From Dictyostelium discoideum (lineage: Eukaryota): a stretch of 64,000 bases of DNA. The stretch lies in NCBI GenBank assembly GCA_000004695.1, contig CM000150.2, forward strand, positions 4,480,001-4,544,000, read 5' to 3'. Numbering within the stretch: position 1 is the stretch's first letter; every line of letters starts with the position of its first letter. The translations under genes and the position numbers were made by a program. Positions 24,101 through 38,231 of this stretch are shown here, piece after piece. A model generated the notes under the pieces. That model was not told the origin of the DNA. It saw only the letters and a program-made list of their open reading frames with translations, and did no database searches.

Positions 24101-27100
24101 GGTTGTGGTTGTTGTTGTGGTTGTTGTTGAGGTGATTGTTGAGTTATAGTTGGCTGAGATTGTTCAATAGTTGATGTGGTAGATGATTGATCAGCACTAT
24201 TACTTTTATCTTGATGTTCAGAAATATCAAGTTGATCTTTTACGATTTGATCTTTAACAGTAGCTTGTTGAATTGCTAATGAAGTTGGAGATAATGGTGG
24301 TTCTGGTTTCGGTAATTGATTATTTGGGAAGAGTTTATTGAAAAGTTCAGTGAAAAGATTTTGTAAATAGACAGCATCTTCAAATACTTCTGAACCTGAT
24401 TGATTATAAATTTGAGCATTATAAAACATTGAATTGACACTGGCAGCAAAAGATAATGGATTTGAAAACTTGGCACCCACAATTCTTTCTTTTATAGTTT
24501 TCATATCGATTGGTTCTTTAATGGTTATATAATAATCTGGATAATCTCTTTTACTTGGTAATTTGACAAAGATATCACTTCTCTTTCTACCTTCTTCATC
24601 TTGATCGGCTCTAATTGCATCCCAAATTTGGAGATACTTTTGTTCATTCTCAGAGATCTTCTTTTTCATTGTACCTGCTGGTCTACCTCTACCTGCTTTC
24701 TTTACTGGTGATGGTGATGGTAAAGGTGGTTGAGCAGTAATAGATGATGATGATGAAGATGATGGTGTTAATGGTGTTGATGGATTAGAGTTTGATGAAT
24801 CATCACCACCGCCACCACCACCACCACCACCATTACTATTGGCTTTCTTTTCTTTTTCCTGTTTCTTACTTGAAGCAGAAGGTTTCTTTGAGGCAGCAAC
24901 CTTTGCTCTCTTTTTAGATCTTACAGGACGTTGGAAATCTTCATCTTCTTCATCTTCTTCATCTGCGTCATCATCGTCATCCTCTTCATCTGAATAATTA
25001 CTTTCCAATTCTTTTCTCTTATTAGTACGAGATGGAGTTGTTGCAACAACCGAAACATTATTATTATCATAATCATCATTATTATTATTATTATTACTAT
25101 TATTATCGTCATCATCATCATCTAAACCATTTGTATCCTTATCTTTTAATTTTTCTTTTGTATTCTTTTTCTCTTTACGATTATTTGATTCTTTGGAAGA
25201 TTTTGGTTTATCTGAAGTTGTAGTACGTTTTGGAGTTGGTTTAGATTCGAAATCAGAGTCTGAATCAGAAGAAGAAGAGGAGGATCCATCGTCATCATCA
25301 TCAAAGAATTCTGAAATCATAGCATTATTATTTGCAGTTTTTCTTTTAATTTTACCACTTTCCAAAATTTTACGAATTTGTAATTCATTTTCAAGATCTA
25401 AAGATTTCTTACTTGAACCAGGTTTGATTGATTGATTGAGTACAAAACTTAAATCATCACCCAATTCGACCTCTTTAGTGATCCAACTTGGTATTTCATC
25501 CTCTTGACTTAATCTTTTAGCCTCACCTTTTTTACCTGCTTCATCCCATTTCTTTTGATCGATTTCCATTCTCTCTTTATCCATATTTTCATACAATTCA
25601 AACTCTTCAGGAGAACGAGCAATCATTTCATTGATTTGAGAATCGGTGGGTACTGTTTGTTTCTCCATTTCAGCGGTTTCATCTTGAGTCATTAAATCCT
25701 CCAACATTTTCTTTCTATCGGAACGATTTGATTTATTATTGAATTGACCAGCTTGAATGATCTTTTTATCCAATTCTTTCTTAAAGTTTGCTCTTGCTAA
25801 AATACTCTCCTCAACGGAATGAGCAGTGACCAAACGAAGTACACGTACAGTTTGTTTTTGACCAATACGATGTGCACGATCTTGTGCTTGAAGATCCATT
25901 TGTGGATTCCAATCTGAATCGAAAATGATAACAGTATCGGCAGTTTGTAAATTTAAACCTAAACCACCTGCTCTAGTTGAAAGTACGAAAATGAAATACT
26001 CAGAGTTTGGAGCATTGAATAACTCTAAGAGATGACCTCTTTCGTCGGATTTTGTTGAACCATCTAAACGAAGGAATTTGTAATCTTTATAAGCGAAAAA
26101 CACCTCCAAAATATTGATCAATTGAGTCATTTGTGAAAATATTAAAACTCTATGTCCAGCAGCTTTTAACTTTGGTAATAGACGATCCAACAAATCAAAC
26201 TTACCTGCATATCTAATTAGATTATCATCGATATTATACTCGTCATCATAGAAAAGGTAAGGATGATTGCAAATCTTTCTTAATTGAACATAGGTATTCT
26301 TTAGACCTTTTGCTAATTTTGGATTACCATCGGCACCACCAGAACTTGCAAGTTTTGAAACACCCTTTGTTTTAATGAGATCGTACATTTTCGCTTGAAA
26401 AGCCGACATATCACATTTCAATACTTTCTCAACTTTATCTGGTAACTGAGCTTCTACCTCTTTCTTTAATCTTCTTAAGAGAAAAGGTCTTAAAACCTTA
26501 TGAAGACGTTGAATGATTAAAAGTTGTTCCTCTTCATTCATTTCAATCTTTTCACCAGTTTGAGCGAATGGAGCATTAAACCATTGTTCGAAATCTTCAA
26601 CACAATCGAAAATGGTTGGTAGTAAAAAGTTTAACAAAGCCCAAAGCTCTGGTAAACTATTTTGAAGTGGTGTACCAGTCAATAGTAATCTATAACGACT
26701 TGAATAAGAGGTACCCAAAATAATCGATAGTTTACTAGTGTAGTTTTTCATTCTATGACCCTCATCAACGATTAGATAATTCCATTTAATCTTACTTAAT
26801 GCATTCTTATCCTTGATGATATATTCATAGGTTGTTACAACGGCATTGAATTGACCTGGTGCTATAAACTCTTCAAACTTTGATTTTCTAGCAGGTTTAT
26901 CACCATAGTATAAAACACGTTTAACCTTTGGTGCCCATTTTGAAAACTCTTGTCCCCAATTGGAAAGTGTTGACAATGGTACCACAACTAAAAAGGGTCC
27001 ATTATTCTTTTTTACCTCTATCAAATAGGATACCAAAGCAATGGTTTGAATCGTTTTACCAAGACCCATTTCATCCGCTAAAATACCATTCAATTTATTG

Positions 27101-27287
27101 TTATACAATGAAACCATCCATTGAAGTCCTTGCATTTGATATGGTTTTAATTTACCACCTTCTAATAATGCTGGTTGTTCAATAATATCTTCTTGAATTG
27201 AATGTGCTTTTGAATAATATGAATGTGCTTTTGAAACATATGTTGGATTTGTTTGACCTGTTGCTGTTGAAGTTGTTGTTGTTGTAG

Positions 27288-27319
<32 letters not shown>

Positions 27320-27658
27320 GGTGGTGGTGCTGTTGATGTTTCTGTTGTTGTGGTAGATATTGATTTATCATCAACTTTTATATTTGATGAATTATCATCA
27401 CCATCAATAGTTGTTGCTTTTGATTGATCTTTATTATCATTATCTTTCTTTTCTTGAATTTCTTTTGAATTTTTATCTGTATGTTGACCAGAATCATTTT
27501 TCATTATAACATCAGTATTGGATGATGCAGAGGTAGTAGTCGTGGTATTATCGTTTGTTATTTTTTCATCATCTTTATTATCATTTAAACCTATATCATC
27601 TTCATCATCACCATAACCACCTTGATTATTGATACTAACTTTAGGTTTATTACCATTA

Positions 27659-27753
<95 letters not shown>

Positions 27754-29716
27754 ATTACTATTATTATTATTATTATTATCATCTAACATTTGATTATTAT
27801 CATCATTATCATCATCATCATCATCATCTTTACCATTTAATAAATTTGAAATTGGATTTGAAGAACGAACTAAAGGTGATTTTGAATTATTTGAAAGATC
27901 TCTATTTGTTGTATTACCATCAGTATCGATATCAACATCATTTGTTATATTCATGATACTAATTTTTTCAGATTGTTTAGCATCTTCTTCACCTTCTTTT
28001 TCTTTTTGTTGTAAAAGTAATTGATCTTGTTGTCTTCTGATTGCCTCTTCATTCTCTTCTTTCTCTTGAATTGAAATCTTTTCCTTTTGAAGAAGATGAG
28101 AGATTTTATCTAAAAATTCATTGGTTTGATCAAACAATTCACGTAGACGTTGATTTTTAGTTTGTTCCAAGAGTTTAAGGTATTTACTTTCATCATTGGT
28201 TTTGAGTGCACGAAGACGTTCACGCTCTTCTCTCTCTCTTTGTTGTTGTTCTTTCTTTTCTTGTAGGATGAAATAAGCGGTGACACGTTTTGTCATCTTT
28301 TTAATCTTTGTCATTTTGTTTGCATGATACTCTTTAAACTCTTTACTATGATTAAGAATTTGACCCAAGAAATCTTTGAATCTATTCTTTTCCTCATTGG
28401 ATTGTTGTTGATCAAGTTTTTGTTTGAGATCTTTAGATTTCTTTAATTTGGATTTACTAATCTCTGCATCCAATACCTCCCTTCTTAATTGTTTTTGATA
28501 TTCCAACAATGACAATTGTTTATATTGAATGGTCTCTTGAAGTTTCTCAATAGTACCATCCTCTAATGTTGGAATGGACTCATAGAGATATTCAAGTTTA
28601 TCCGATATCAATTGACTAACCAAATTTCTTTTACATTCCAACATGAATTCAATATCCATTGGTTTAGGTATCAATGTTTCCATTGGCAAACTTTTTAATG
28701 GATCAATTGGAATTGATGGTGGCTCTGGTTCTACAACTGGTGTTTGATTTATAATTTGTTGTTGTTGTTGTTGTTGTGTTGGTTGTATTTGTGAAACTAC
28801 CATCGGTTGTGTTGCTATAATACCACCATTGGTAGGTGTTGCTATAACACCGCCATTGGTAGGTGTTGTAGTTGATACTGACGACACTGCTATTACTTGT
28901 GTTGGAATAACAACAGTTGATACAAGTGCTGCTGGTGTATTTATTGATGTTGGTGTAGTTACTAAACTTGGTACAGCATTTGGTTGTTGATTTATTTGTT
29001 GAGGATCTTGTTGGGATTGTTGTTGTTGAGTTATTTGCTCTGATTGTTGTTGGGGTTGATTTTGTTCTGGTTGTTGTTGTGCTTGCATGCTTTGTGTTTG
29101 CTCTGATGACTGTACTTGTTCTGGTTGTTGTTGGGATTGTTGTTGGGGTTGGGGTTGTAAATTTTCTGGTTGTTGTAAGTGTTCTTGTTGTTGTTGTTGT
29201 TGTTGTTGTAAGTGTTCTGGTTGTTGTTGTTGTAAATTTTCTGATTGTTGTTGTGATTGTTGGTGTTGTGGTTGTTGGATTTGTTGTGGTTGGGGTTGTT
29301 GGGCTTGGGTTTGTTGTTGCTGCTGCTCTGGTTGCACTTGGGATTGTGGTTGTGGTTGAGTTTGTTGTTGAGTTTGTGGTTGAGTTTGTTGTGTTTGTTG
29401 AGCTTGTTGAGTTTGTTGGTATGTTTGTTGAGCTTGTGGTTGTTGGTATGTTTGTTGAGTTTGTGGTTGAGTTTGTTGTGTTTGTTGAGTTTGTGGTTGA
29501 GTTTGTTGGTATGTTTGTTGAGCTTGTGGTTGTTGTAACAACTGAGATTGTTGGTGTTGAATCAATCTTTGTTGTTGTAATAGTTTTTGATGTAACATTT
29601 GCTGTTGTATTAACTGTTGTTGGTTTAGTGTCTGTCCTGGTGGTGCCTGTATTTGTTGTAATTGTTGTTGCATCATTTGGTATTGTTGATTTAATGATGC
29701 AATGTTGTTATAAATA

Positions 29717-29752
<36 letters not shown>

Positions 29753-30721
29753 CTAGTATTACTATTGTTGTTGTTGTTATTATTGTTGTTATTGTTATTG
29801 CTATTGCTATTGTTATTACTATTGCTATTGCTATTGCCACTGCTATTGTTATTGTTATTGCTATTGTTATTGCTATTGTTATTGTTATTGCTATTGTTAT
29901 TGCTATTGTTATTGTTATAACTAATATTATTAATATTGTTATTTCCAATATTTCCGTTATTATTACTGATATTGGCACTATTATTGGTGCTATTACCACT
30001 ATTGTTATTACTATTAATATTGCTATTTGTATTATTATTCATATTATTATTATTATTATTATTATTATTCATATTATTATTCATACCATTATTATTATTC
30101 ATATTATTATGATTCATATTATTATTATTACTATTATTATTGGTATTATTATTATTCATATTATTATTCATGTTATTCACACCATTATTATTATTCATAT
30201 TATTATTCATATTACTATTATTATTACTATTCATATTATTATTATTCATATTACTATTACTATTATTGTTATTATTATTATTAACATTACTATTATTTGT
30301 ATTCATTTGTACAACAGACGGTGAAGATTGATTTATAAATGTTGAAGGATGAGCCAATTGCAAGATTCCATAATACTCCTCCGTAATGGGTTTTCTTTGC
30401 ATGAAGCATTTATACGCATAAACCTGAGCTCTAATAACATCAAGTTGTTCTTGTGTAAAAAAAAATGCTGGTGGAGCTAATAATTTTTGTTGAATTGGTT
30501 GTGGTTGTTGCGCTTTCATTTGTTGCTGATTTTGATTTTGGTTTTGATTTTGATTTTGGTTTTGGTTTTGGTTTTGGTTTTGGTTTTGGTTTTGGTTTTG
30601 GTTTTGGTTTTGGTTTTGGTTTTGGTTTTGGTTTTGGTTTTGATTAAAATGTTGATGTTGTGGTTGTTGGAATTGTTGGTTTTGTTGATGTTGATGTTGT
30701 TGTTGGTGTTGTTGTTGTTGT

Positions 30722-30768
<47 letters not shown>

Positions 30769-31085
30769 TTGCTGTTGCTGTTGCTGTTGTTGTTGTTGTA
30801 AAAGTAATTGTTGTTGCATCAATTGTTGTGTAGATGGAATGTTGGGTGATGTCATATTTGGTGAGGTTACATTCATATTTTGTTGATGTTGTAAATGTTG
30901 CTGTTGTTGATGCTTCATTTGTTGCTGTTTCAATTGAGCCTCGTATGCTGCTTGTTGCTGTTGTTGTTGGATTTGGGGTTGTTGTTGTTGAGGTTGTTGT
31001 TGATGTTGATGTTGTTGATGTTGTTGATGATGTTGATGGTATTGTTGTTGTGGTTGTAAAAATTGTTGTGGTTGTTGTTGTGGTG

Positions 31086-31116
<31 letters not shown>

Positions 31117-31152
31117 CTGTTGTGTTTGTGGTTGATGTTGTTGTTGTTGCGG

Positions 31153-31187
<35 letters not shown>

Positions 31188-31549
31188 GCTGCTGTTGTTG
31201 TACCATTGCCAATTTTCTTTGCACTAAAATATTATGTTGTCGAAGGATTTTATTATAGAGATCCAACTCTTGCTGATTTAAAGAAGAAAATGGCTGTGGG
31301 TTCTTTAAAAAATTTATACAACTTTGATAATTAGGTTCTGAGATATCTGTTCCATTGGTTTGTAAATTATCTAAATACTATATAGGTTTTGAACAAATAA
31401 AAAAAGAAAAAAAAAAAAAAAAAAGTTAATAACAAACCCTTTGGTAATAATAAAAATAATGAAAAACACTTACAACATAGACTTCAACATGTTGGTTTTT
31501 TGTAGGAACTTGTTGTTGTTGTTGTTGTTGCATCATATTTGTTTGTTGA

Positions 31550-31592
<43 letters not shown>

Positions 31593-31902
31593 GAGCTTGT
31601 TGAGCTTGTTGTTGTTGTTGTTGTTGTTGTTGAGCTTGTTGTTGTTGAGCTTGTTGTTGTTGAAGTTGAGCTTGTTGTTGTTGAAGTTGTTGTTGTTGAA
31701 GTTGCTGTTGTTGAAGTTGTTGCTGTTGTTGTTGTTGCTGTAATAGTTGTTGTTGTTGTTGCTGTTGTTGTAAAAGTAGATGATATTGTTGTTGCTGTTG
31801 TTGTGGCGCAGATTTATTTATATTCGGTGAATTTATATTCATTGGTGGTGTATTTATATTTTGTTGTTGTTGATGATGGTGTTGTTGTTGTTGTTGTTGT
31901 AA

Positions 31903-31996
<94 letters not shown>

Positions 31997-32340
31997 AATT
32001 GTTGTTGTTGTTGTGCATGTTGCTGAGCTTGTTGTTGAGCTTGGTGTTGTTGTTGAGCCTGTTGATATTGTTGTGATTGCATCATTTGGTTCTGAATTTG
32101 TTGTTCAATCGATAATGGCATATTGTAAGAAGGTTTGGGTTTCTCCTCTGTTGCATTACCCCCACCATTACTATTATTACTAACACTACTGCCACCAGTA
32201 GTGTTATTTGTGGTTATAGGTGTTCCAACTATATTATTATTGTTATTATTATTATTATTATTATCTCCGCTATTATTATTATTATTATTATTTATAAAAG
32301 ATTGATCATGTTGATGTTGCATATCACCAGTAATGTTCAT
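22537..32340 (-). CDS. SNF2-family chromatin-remodelling ATPase with bromodomain (Brahma/BRG1/Snf2 homolog); exons 32340-31474 and 31377-22537
   Basis: The downstream exon (2909-aa ORF) carries QLQ ([19 protein letters not shown]), HSA, SNF2_N ([28 protein letters not shown]), helicase-C ([20 protein letters not shown]...[13 protein letters not shown]), an AT-hook (GRGRPAGT) and a bromodomain ([18 protein letters not shown]...[25 protein letters not shown]). The upstream exon [10 protein letters not shown]...[14 protein letters not shown] joins via intron 31378-31473 (GTAAGT...ctatatag), phase 0, continuing [16 protein letters not shown]...[10 protein letters not shown]. Both exons have massive poly-Q/poly-N tracts. 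Confidence 0.85.
30528..30645. repeat. (TTTTGG/TTTTGA)n hexamer array inside the SNF2 CDS encoding (NQ)n
   Basis: About 20 perfect hexamers, in frame on the minus strand as NQNQNQ... This is a pure dipeptide repeat rather than a homopolymer codon run. Confidence 0.8.
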
Positions 32341-32924
32341 ATTTTATCGTATTAATATATTTTATATGTTTAACTCTATTCTTTGTTTCTTTTGTTTTTT
32401 TTTTTTTTGGAGTTATTATTAATTATCTCTAACATAAAACTCCACTTTTATTAATCTATAGATAATAAGAAAAAAAAAGGAATAGACAGCAATAAGGGAA
32501 AAAGAGAGAGACAGGGGAGAGATGGATAAAAATATTTAGAAAAAAAAAATAAAAAAAAAGAAAAAAAGAGAATTAAATGAACATGTTAGGAATTTTTATT
32601 TTTTATTTTTATTTTTTTTATTTATTTTTTATTTTATTTGAAAAAATAAAAATAAAAATTTTTAAAGGAAAAAAAAAAATAAAACAAAAAATTTAAAAAA
32701 GAAAACCTAATAAAAGAAACCTACAATCTATTATTACAATAAACAATAAAAAATATGACGATATTGTGCAATAATTATTTAAATTGAAAAACAAAAAAAT
32801 TAATGAAAAAAAAAAATATTAATTTTTGAAAATTAAAAAAAAAATAATAATGATAATAATCTAATAATAGTAATATTAGATATTATATTGGTGTTGTTTG
32901 ATTACTTGATCGTGTTGGTTTCTT

Positions 32925-32976
<52 letters not shown>

Positions 32977-33058
32977 GTTGGGAGTTGATTAAAAGTGGTG
33001 TTGTTATATTGTTTTAATTGTGTTATTATATAAAATTTTGAAAAAAAAAAAATTTTTG

Positions 33059-33093
<35 letters not shown>

Positions 33094-33964
33094 TAAAAAA
33101 AAAAAAAAATAAAATAAAAATAAGGTTTTAACTGTAAAAAAATTGATATTAAAATGGATGATCAATAAATAAATAATTTAAAGTACTTACACTTTATTTA
33201 TTTTTTAATTTTTTTTTTTTTTTTTTTTTTTATTAATTAAAAAAAAAAAAAATTTTGGATAAACTATATTTTACAGAAAAAAAAAAAATAATAATATGTA
33301 TAAAATTTATAAGGTGAAAAAATATTTATGTGTAAAAAAAAAAAAAAAAAAAAATTTTAGTTATTATTATTTTTTTTTTTTTTTTTTATTATTATAAAAA
33401 AAAAAATAATAATGGAAAAAAAAAAAAATGAAATTATAAATAATATAAAATAGTAAATTGAAGTTGATATCGAAATTTAATTAAATCAAAAAGATGTTAA
33501 AATTAGATGAACCAACGAATTTAAAATTGTACGAGAGAAATATTGCGAGAGAAAAAAAAAAAATTTTAAAAAATTAAAAAAAAAAAGAAAAAATTAAAAA
33601 AAAAAATAAAAAAAAAAAAAAATTAAAAAAAAAATTAAAAAAAATTAAAATTAAAAAAAAAAAAAAAAAAAAAAATAATTTTTGACGTGTGTGTTGTATA
33701 TTTAATACATAAAAATGAAGAAAAATAAAATAAAAAATTATCCTCAAAATAAAAATCAAAACAATGATCTTTGTCCAATAATAGACACTCTAAAAAAAAA
33801 AACATAAAAAAAAAAAAACATATCGATATCTTTCAAGGGCCATTTACTTTTTTTTTTTTTTTTTTTTATTTTTATTTTTTATTTTTTTTTTTTTTTTATT
33901 TTAATTTTATTTTAATTTTATTTTAATTTTATTTTATTTTTTTTTATTTTTATTTTTTAAATAA

Positions 33965-33995
<31 letters not shown>

Positions 33996-34325
33996 TTGGT
34001 GACGAGTTCTGTTCAAAGGAGGTAAAAAGTTTGATAATGACGGTTACACAGAATCAAACTATTGCTTCTTTAAATAAAATTACCTTATAATCGAAATTTC
34101 CGATTATAGAATTTTTGCATGTTTTCATCAAACCTTTAATTATTAACCTAACATTCAAAGTCTACTCTTACTTTTTATGGATAAAGTCAATTTTTAATAA
34201 CTTGTGAAAACATAAACCCTTTTTAATTTTAAAGAAAAAAAAAAAAAATCAAAAAAAAAAAAAAAAAAAAATTATTATTTCTATTTTATTTTATTTGTAA
34301 TATTTTTATTTTATTTTATTTTATT

Positions 34326-34423
34326 TTATTTTATTTTATTTGCCAATAAAATTAAAAAATGAGTACCAACAGAGATATCAGTAACTTTATGATCAGTTGG
34401 TAGAGTGAATCTTTTTATATTAC

Positions 34424-34484
<61 letters not shown>

Positions 34485-36297
34485 GGAATCAGTAGTTGGT
34501 AATATTGTTGCAAACATTGATTTACTAAGTTTCTTCTCTAATGTGAAATCATCTCTAAGTGACCATACACAAATTTCATTTGGTGATTCATTAAATGCCA
34601 CAGCAGCATGTGTATTTGATAAAGAGAATTTATTTATTTTTTCATTATTAAACTCTGGGAATTCAACTAATTCTGCTGTAATACTATTATCATTATCATT
34701 ATCATTTTCATTTTCATTTTCATTTTCATTTATTGATGACCATTTATATAATTTACCATTATCAGTTAAAGCCATTGACAAATTATCAGCAGCACCGATT
34801 TGAATTACTTTTTCATTAATTGGAATACCATTAATTTTATAAATTATATTATTTAATTTTTTATTATTATTATTATTATTATCATAATCATTCATTTGTG
34901 AAAATGGTGATAATTGTAAATCGTTACCATCTAAATATCGTAATTTACCTCTGCCCCATTGATAAATGTCACCATTTTCAGTCAACCCAATTGAATGAAA
35001 ATAACCAGCTTCAATATCAACCATTTTAAATTTATCAAGTAAATTTGAAGGTACTGGTAATTTTATATCTGGTGTTTTTGTTGTTGCTGTATTATTATTA
35101 TTATTATTATTTGAAAATGATATACCTAATTGTCCATCATCTGATTTACCACATGATAACATTTTACCATTATTAAATAAAAATAATGTATGATATAATC
35201 CATTTGATATCTTTTTAATATTATTACTATTATATTTATTTTGATTATTATTTTGATTATCATTTGAATTATTATCATCATCTTTAAATAAAATTTTATT
35301 TGGAGTTTGAATATTTAATAAAGTTCCAATACCTAATTGACCATGTTGATTATTACCCCAACTATAAATTGAATTTTGTTTTGTAATTTGATCTTTGGTG
35401 ATTGCAAAACTTGACCAACCACCAATTGAACCACCAATAACATCTGATTTTGAAAAGTTTGTAACTCTTACTGAATATGGTGAACTCTCTACAAAATTTG
35501 GAAATATACTTGTATTTGATCCATATTTATGTCCAATTTGTAAATTAAAATTTGCACCCCATGTTAACATATCATTATCATCTTTTTTATAAATAAAAAT
35601 AAATAAAAAAATAAAAAAAAAAAAAAATAAAAAAAAAAAAGTTTTTAGTTAATTTATTTCAACCCATGTGTTTTTGAGTTTTAAAAGTGTTAGGAAAGTT
35701 GGTAGATGGTTTTTATATTGAAAAAAATGAGAAAAATAGGGGGAGGGGAAGGGAGGTATGTGATTTATTTTTATTTTTATTTTTATTTTTATTTTTTTTT
35801 TTTATAAATAATGATAATAAATATTTACTTGTAAATGCACATGAGTGTAAAAATGTTGATTTTAAAGATTTTACAGAATATTCTATAAATTGTTCATTAA
35901 ATACTAATGTTGATTCAGATTTCCAATCACCTAAACCTAATTGACCTTGACTATTAACACCAATAGAGTAGATTGCAGTTTTAATATCATCATTATTTTT
36001 TAAATTACTCCAATTGAATCCATTTTGTAATTTTTCAATTTTTCCACCTTTAATTGCACTACCTAATGTAACTTTCTTTTTTTTTGGGATACCACTATTT
36101 TCATCATTATCTTTTTTACCAAATAATTTTGAAAAAAAAGTTCTTTTTATTGTTAAATTCGAATTATTATTATAATTATTGTAATTAAATAAATTATAGT
36201 TATTTTTATTATAATTATTTAATATAAAATTTCTACTACAAATTTTAAGAGTAGTAGAAGTAGATGTTTGATGGATATTCTTTAAAATTGATTGCAT
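34326..36297 (-). CDS. RCC1-repeat (regulator of chromosome condensation fold) protein; exons 36297-35829 and 35581-34326
   Basis: Exon 2 (414 aa) has iterated RCC1 blades (WGNNQHGQLGIG, SCGKSDDGQLG, YQWGRGKL, LTWGANFNLQIG). Exon 1 ends ...SIGVNSQGQLGLGDWKSES...LHSCAFT plus a split codon, at donor GTAAAT (35828). The acceptor aaaaaag (35582/35583) restores N-DNDMLTWGANF, phase 1. I set the start at M-QSILKNIHQ (36297), not the track's poly-K/E extension. Confidence 0.55.
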
Positions 36298-36309
36298 CTC
36301 AATTTTTGG

Positions 36310-36359
<50 letters not shown>

Positions 36360-36590
36360 AAAAGTGGAGAAAACGACAAATGAAAGTAAAAAAAAAAAAA
36401 AAAAAAAAAATTAAATTAAAAAATATCAAAATATCTTTTTTTTTTTTTTTTTTTTTATTTTTATTTTTATTTTTATTTTTTTTTTCTTTTTCTTTTTCCA
36501 ACCAAAAAAAAAAAAAAAAAAAAAAAAAATAAACTCACTCAAAGATTATTATTATTGTTATAATAAAAAATAAAAAATAAATAAAAAAAA

Positions 36591-37252
36591 ATGAATTTTA
36601 AATATATTTGCATCACTATTTGTTTTATCTTTACAATTTTCAATTTATCAAATTCTACATTCACACCAGTTGAGTGTGATTTTTGTACATTGGCCGTCGA
36701 TTCACTTCACAATATTGCTTTAGCTGACAATTTAACATATGCTGATATTGACGGAGCTTTGGGTAGAATTTGTAATTCAATTCCATCTAATTATTCTGGT
36801 TTGGTATGTTTTTTTTTTTTTTTTTTTAATTTTTTATTTATACCATACACACCATTTCTCGGTGATTAACAATAAATTTTTTTTTTTTTTTTAAAAAAGT
36901 GTAATTATGTTTTAGAAGCAATGGGACCAACTGTCATTAAACAAGTATTAAATGGAACTAGATCTGAAATTGTTTGCACAGAACTTACCATTTGTTCAAA
37001 TGTAAATTTAAAAAATAAAAATAGTATTTGTCAAAATGTTGAAACAGCTCTCTTAACTGTTGCAAAAGCAATTGAAGATATTTCCGAATTATTTAATGAA
37101 TCAACCATTGTATGTATTATTTTTATTATTTTTTAATTGGTCTTTTTTTTAATTGGTAAATTATTAACAAAAAAAAAAAAAATCTTTTAATAATAGATCC
37201 AAACTGTTTTGAAAGTTTTAATTGAGGTTAATGATAAAATAACCCAAATTTG
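36591..37252 (+). CDS. saposin-B-type (amoebapore-like, SAPLIP) secreted protein; exons 36591-36803, 36900-37109, 37187-37252
   Basis: Signal peptide MNFKYICITICFIFTIFNLSNS. Cysteine spacing is C-x2-C-x28-C-x10-C-x24-C-x5-C (CDFC...IC...CNYV...VCTELTIC), the SapB pattern. Introns are GTATGT...aaaaaag and GTATGT...taatag, both phase 0. It ends ...ITQICSN*. Confidence 0.5.
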
Positions 37253-37611
37253 TTCAAATTAAAATTGAAAAAAAAAAATACAAAACCAAAAAGTCAATAA
37301 AAACTTTTTAAAAATAAAAGATAAAAAAAAAAATCTTTTCTTAAAAAGTGTGATGATAATTTCATGCACACCAACAATTTTAAAATTAAAAAAAAGATTC
37401 AAAATAATTAAAACTATTACTAAATTTGTAAATTATTTAAAAAACGTTTTTTTTTGTTTTTTTTTTTTGTTTTTTTTTTTTTTTGTTTTTTTTTTTAATT
37501 TTCTCTTTTTTTTATGCTTTTTTTTTTTTATATTTTTAAAAATTAATTAATGTCAAAATTTTTTTTTTTTTTTTCCCACCTAAAAACTAAAACAAATAAA
37601 TTTATAATAGA

Positions 37612-38193
37612 TTGCTAATAGATATGTCAAATAAAAATAATAGAAATAATAATAATAGTAATAATAATAGTAACAATAATGGTAATAATTTCTTTGAAGA
37701 TGAAGATTTTTTCGATGAAAACTATAGTGATTCAGAGGAAGAACTTGATAATAGACAAAACAAAATCCAAGAAAATCAAAGATCACCAACACAAAGTACT
37801 TTAAATGATTCTATTATTAATAATGATGATTTAGAATTTGCAAATCAATTATTATCTGTTCAAAGACAATTAAATATTAATAATAATAATAACAATAATA
37901 ATAATAATAATAATAATAATGAAAATAATAACAACAATAGCAACAGTAATAATGGCAATAGTAATAATACAACCACTACCACAACCACTACTACAACATC
38001 AGCACCATCAACATTTATAAATTCTCCATCACTTTTAAATAATGTTAATACCATTTTATCTAATAATAACAATAATACCAATAGTAACAGAACATATAAC
38101 AATCAACAATCGAATGATATTTTACCTATAAATAGTAGAAACACTACCACTACAACCACAACTTCAACATCTTCTTCATTCAACAATCAAAGA

Positions 38194-38231
<38 letters not shown>

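Noticed and set aside
23330-30650. Highly periodic short repeats that could superficially suggest CRISPR-like arrays
   Set aside because: Unit lengths are 3-6 nt with no unique spacers and no leader. They are in frame within protein-coding exons, encoding poly-N/Q and NQ dipeptides. They are eukaryotic coding microsatellites.
22638-31334. Numerous plus-strand ORFs translating to poly-V, poly-L, poly-I, poly-C, poly-Y, poly-G(F) inside 22537-32340, and similar ones at 34405-34803, 55104-57556
   Set aside because: These are opposite-strand or alternate-frame readings of (CAA)n/(AAT)n/(GGTTTT)n coding microsatellites of the SNF2, RCC1 and Dbf4-type genes. They are not independent genes.
35713-36501. 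Track ORF start MEKEKEKKNKNK... for the RCC1-repeat gene
   Set aside because: The N-terminal ~70 residues are translation of poly-A/poly-T intergenic DNA. The first plausible start is M-QSILKNIHQ at 36297. The ORF's 3' part (after ...HSCAFT) runs into an intron.
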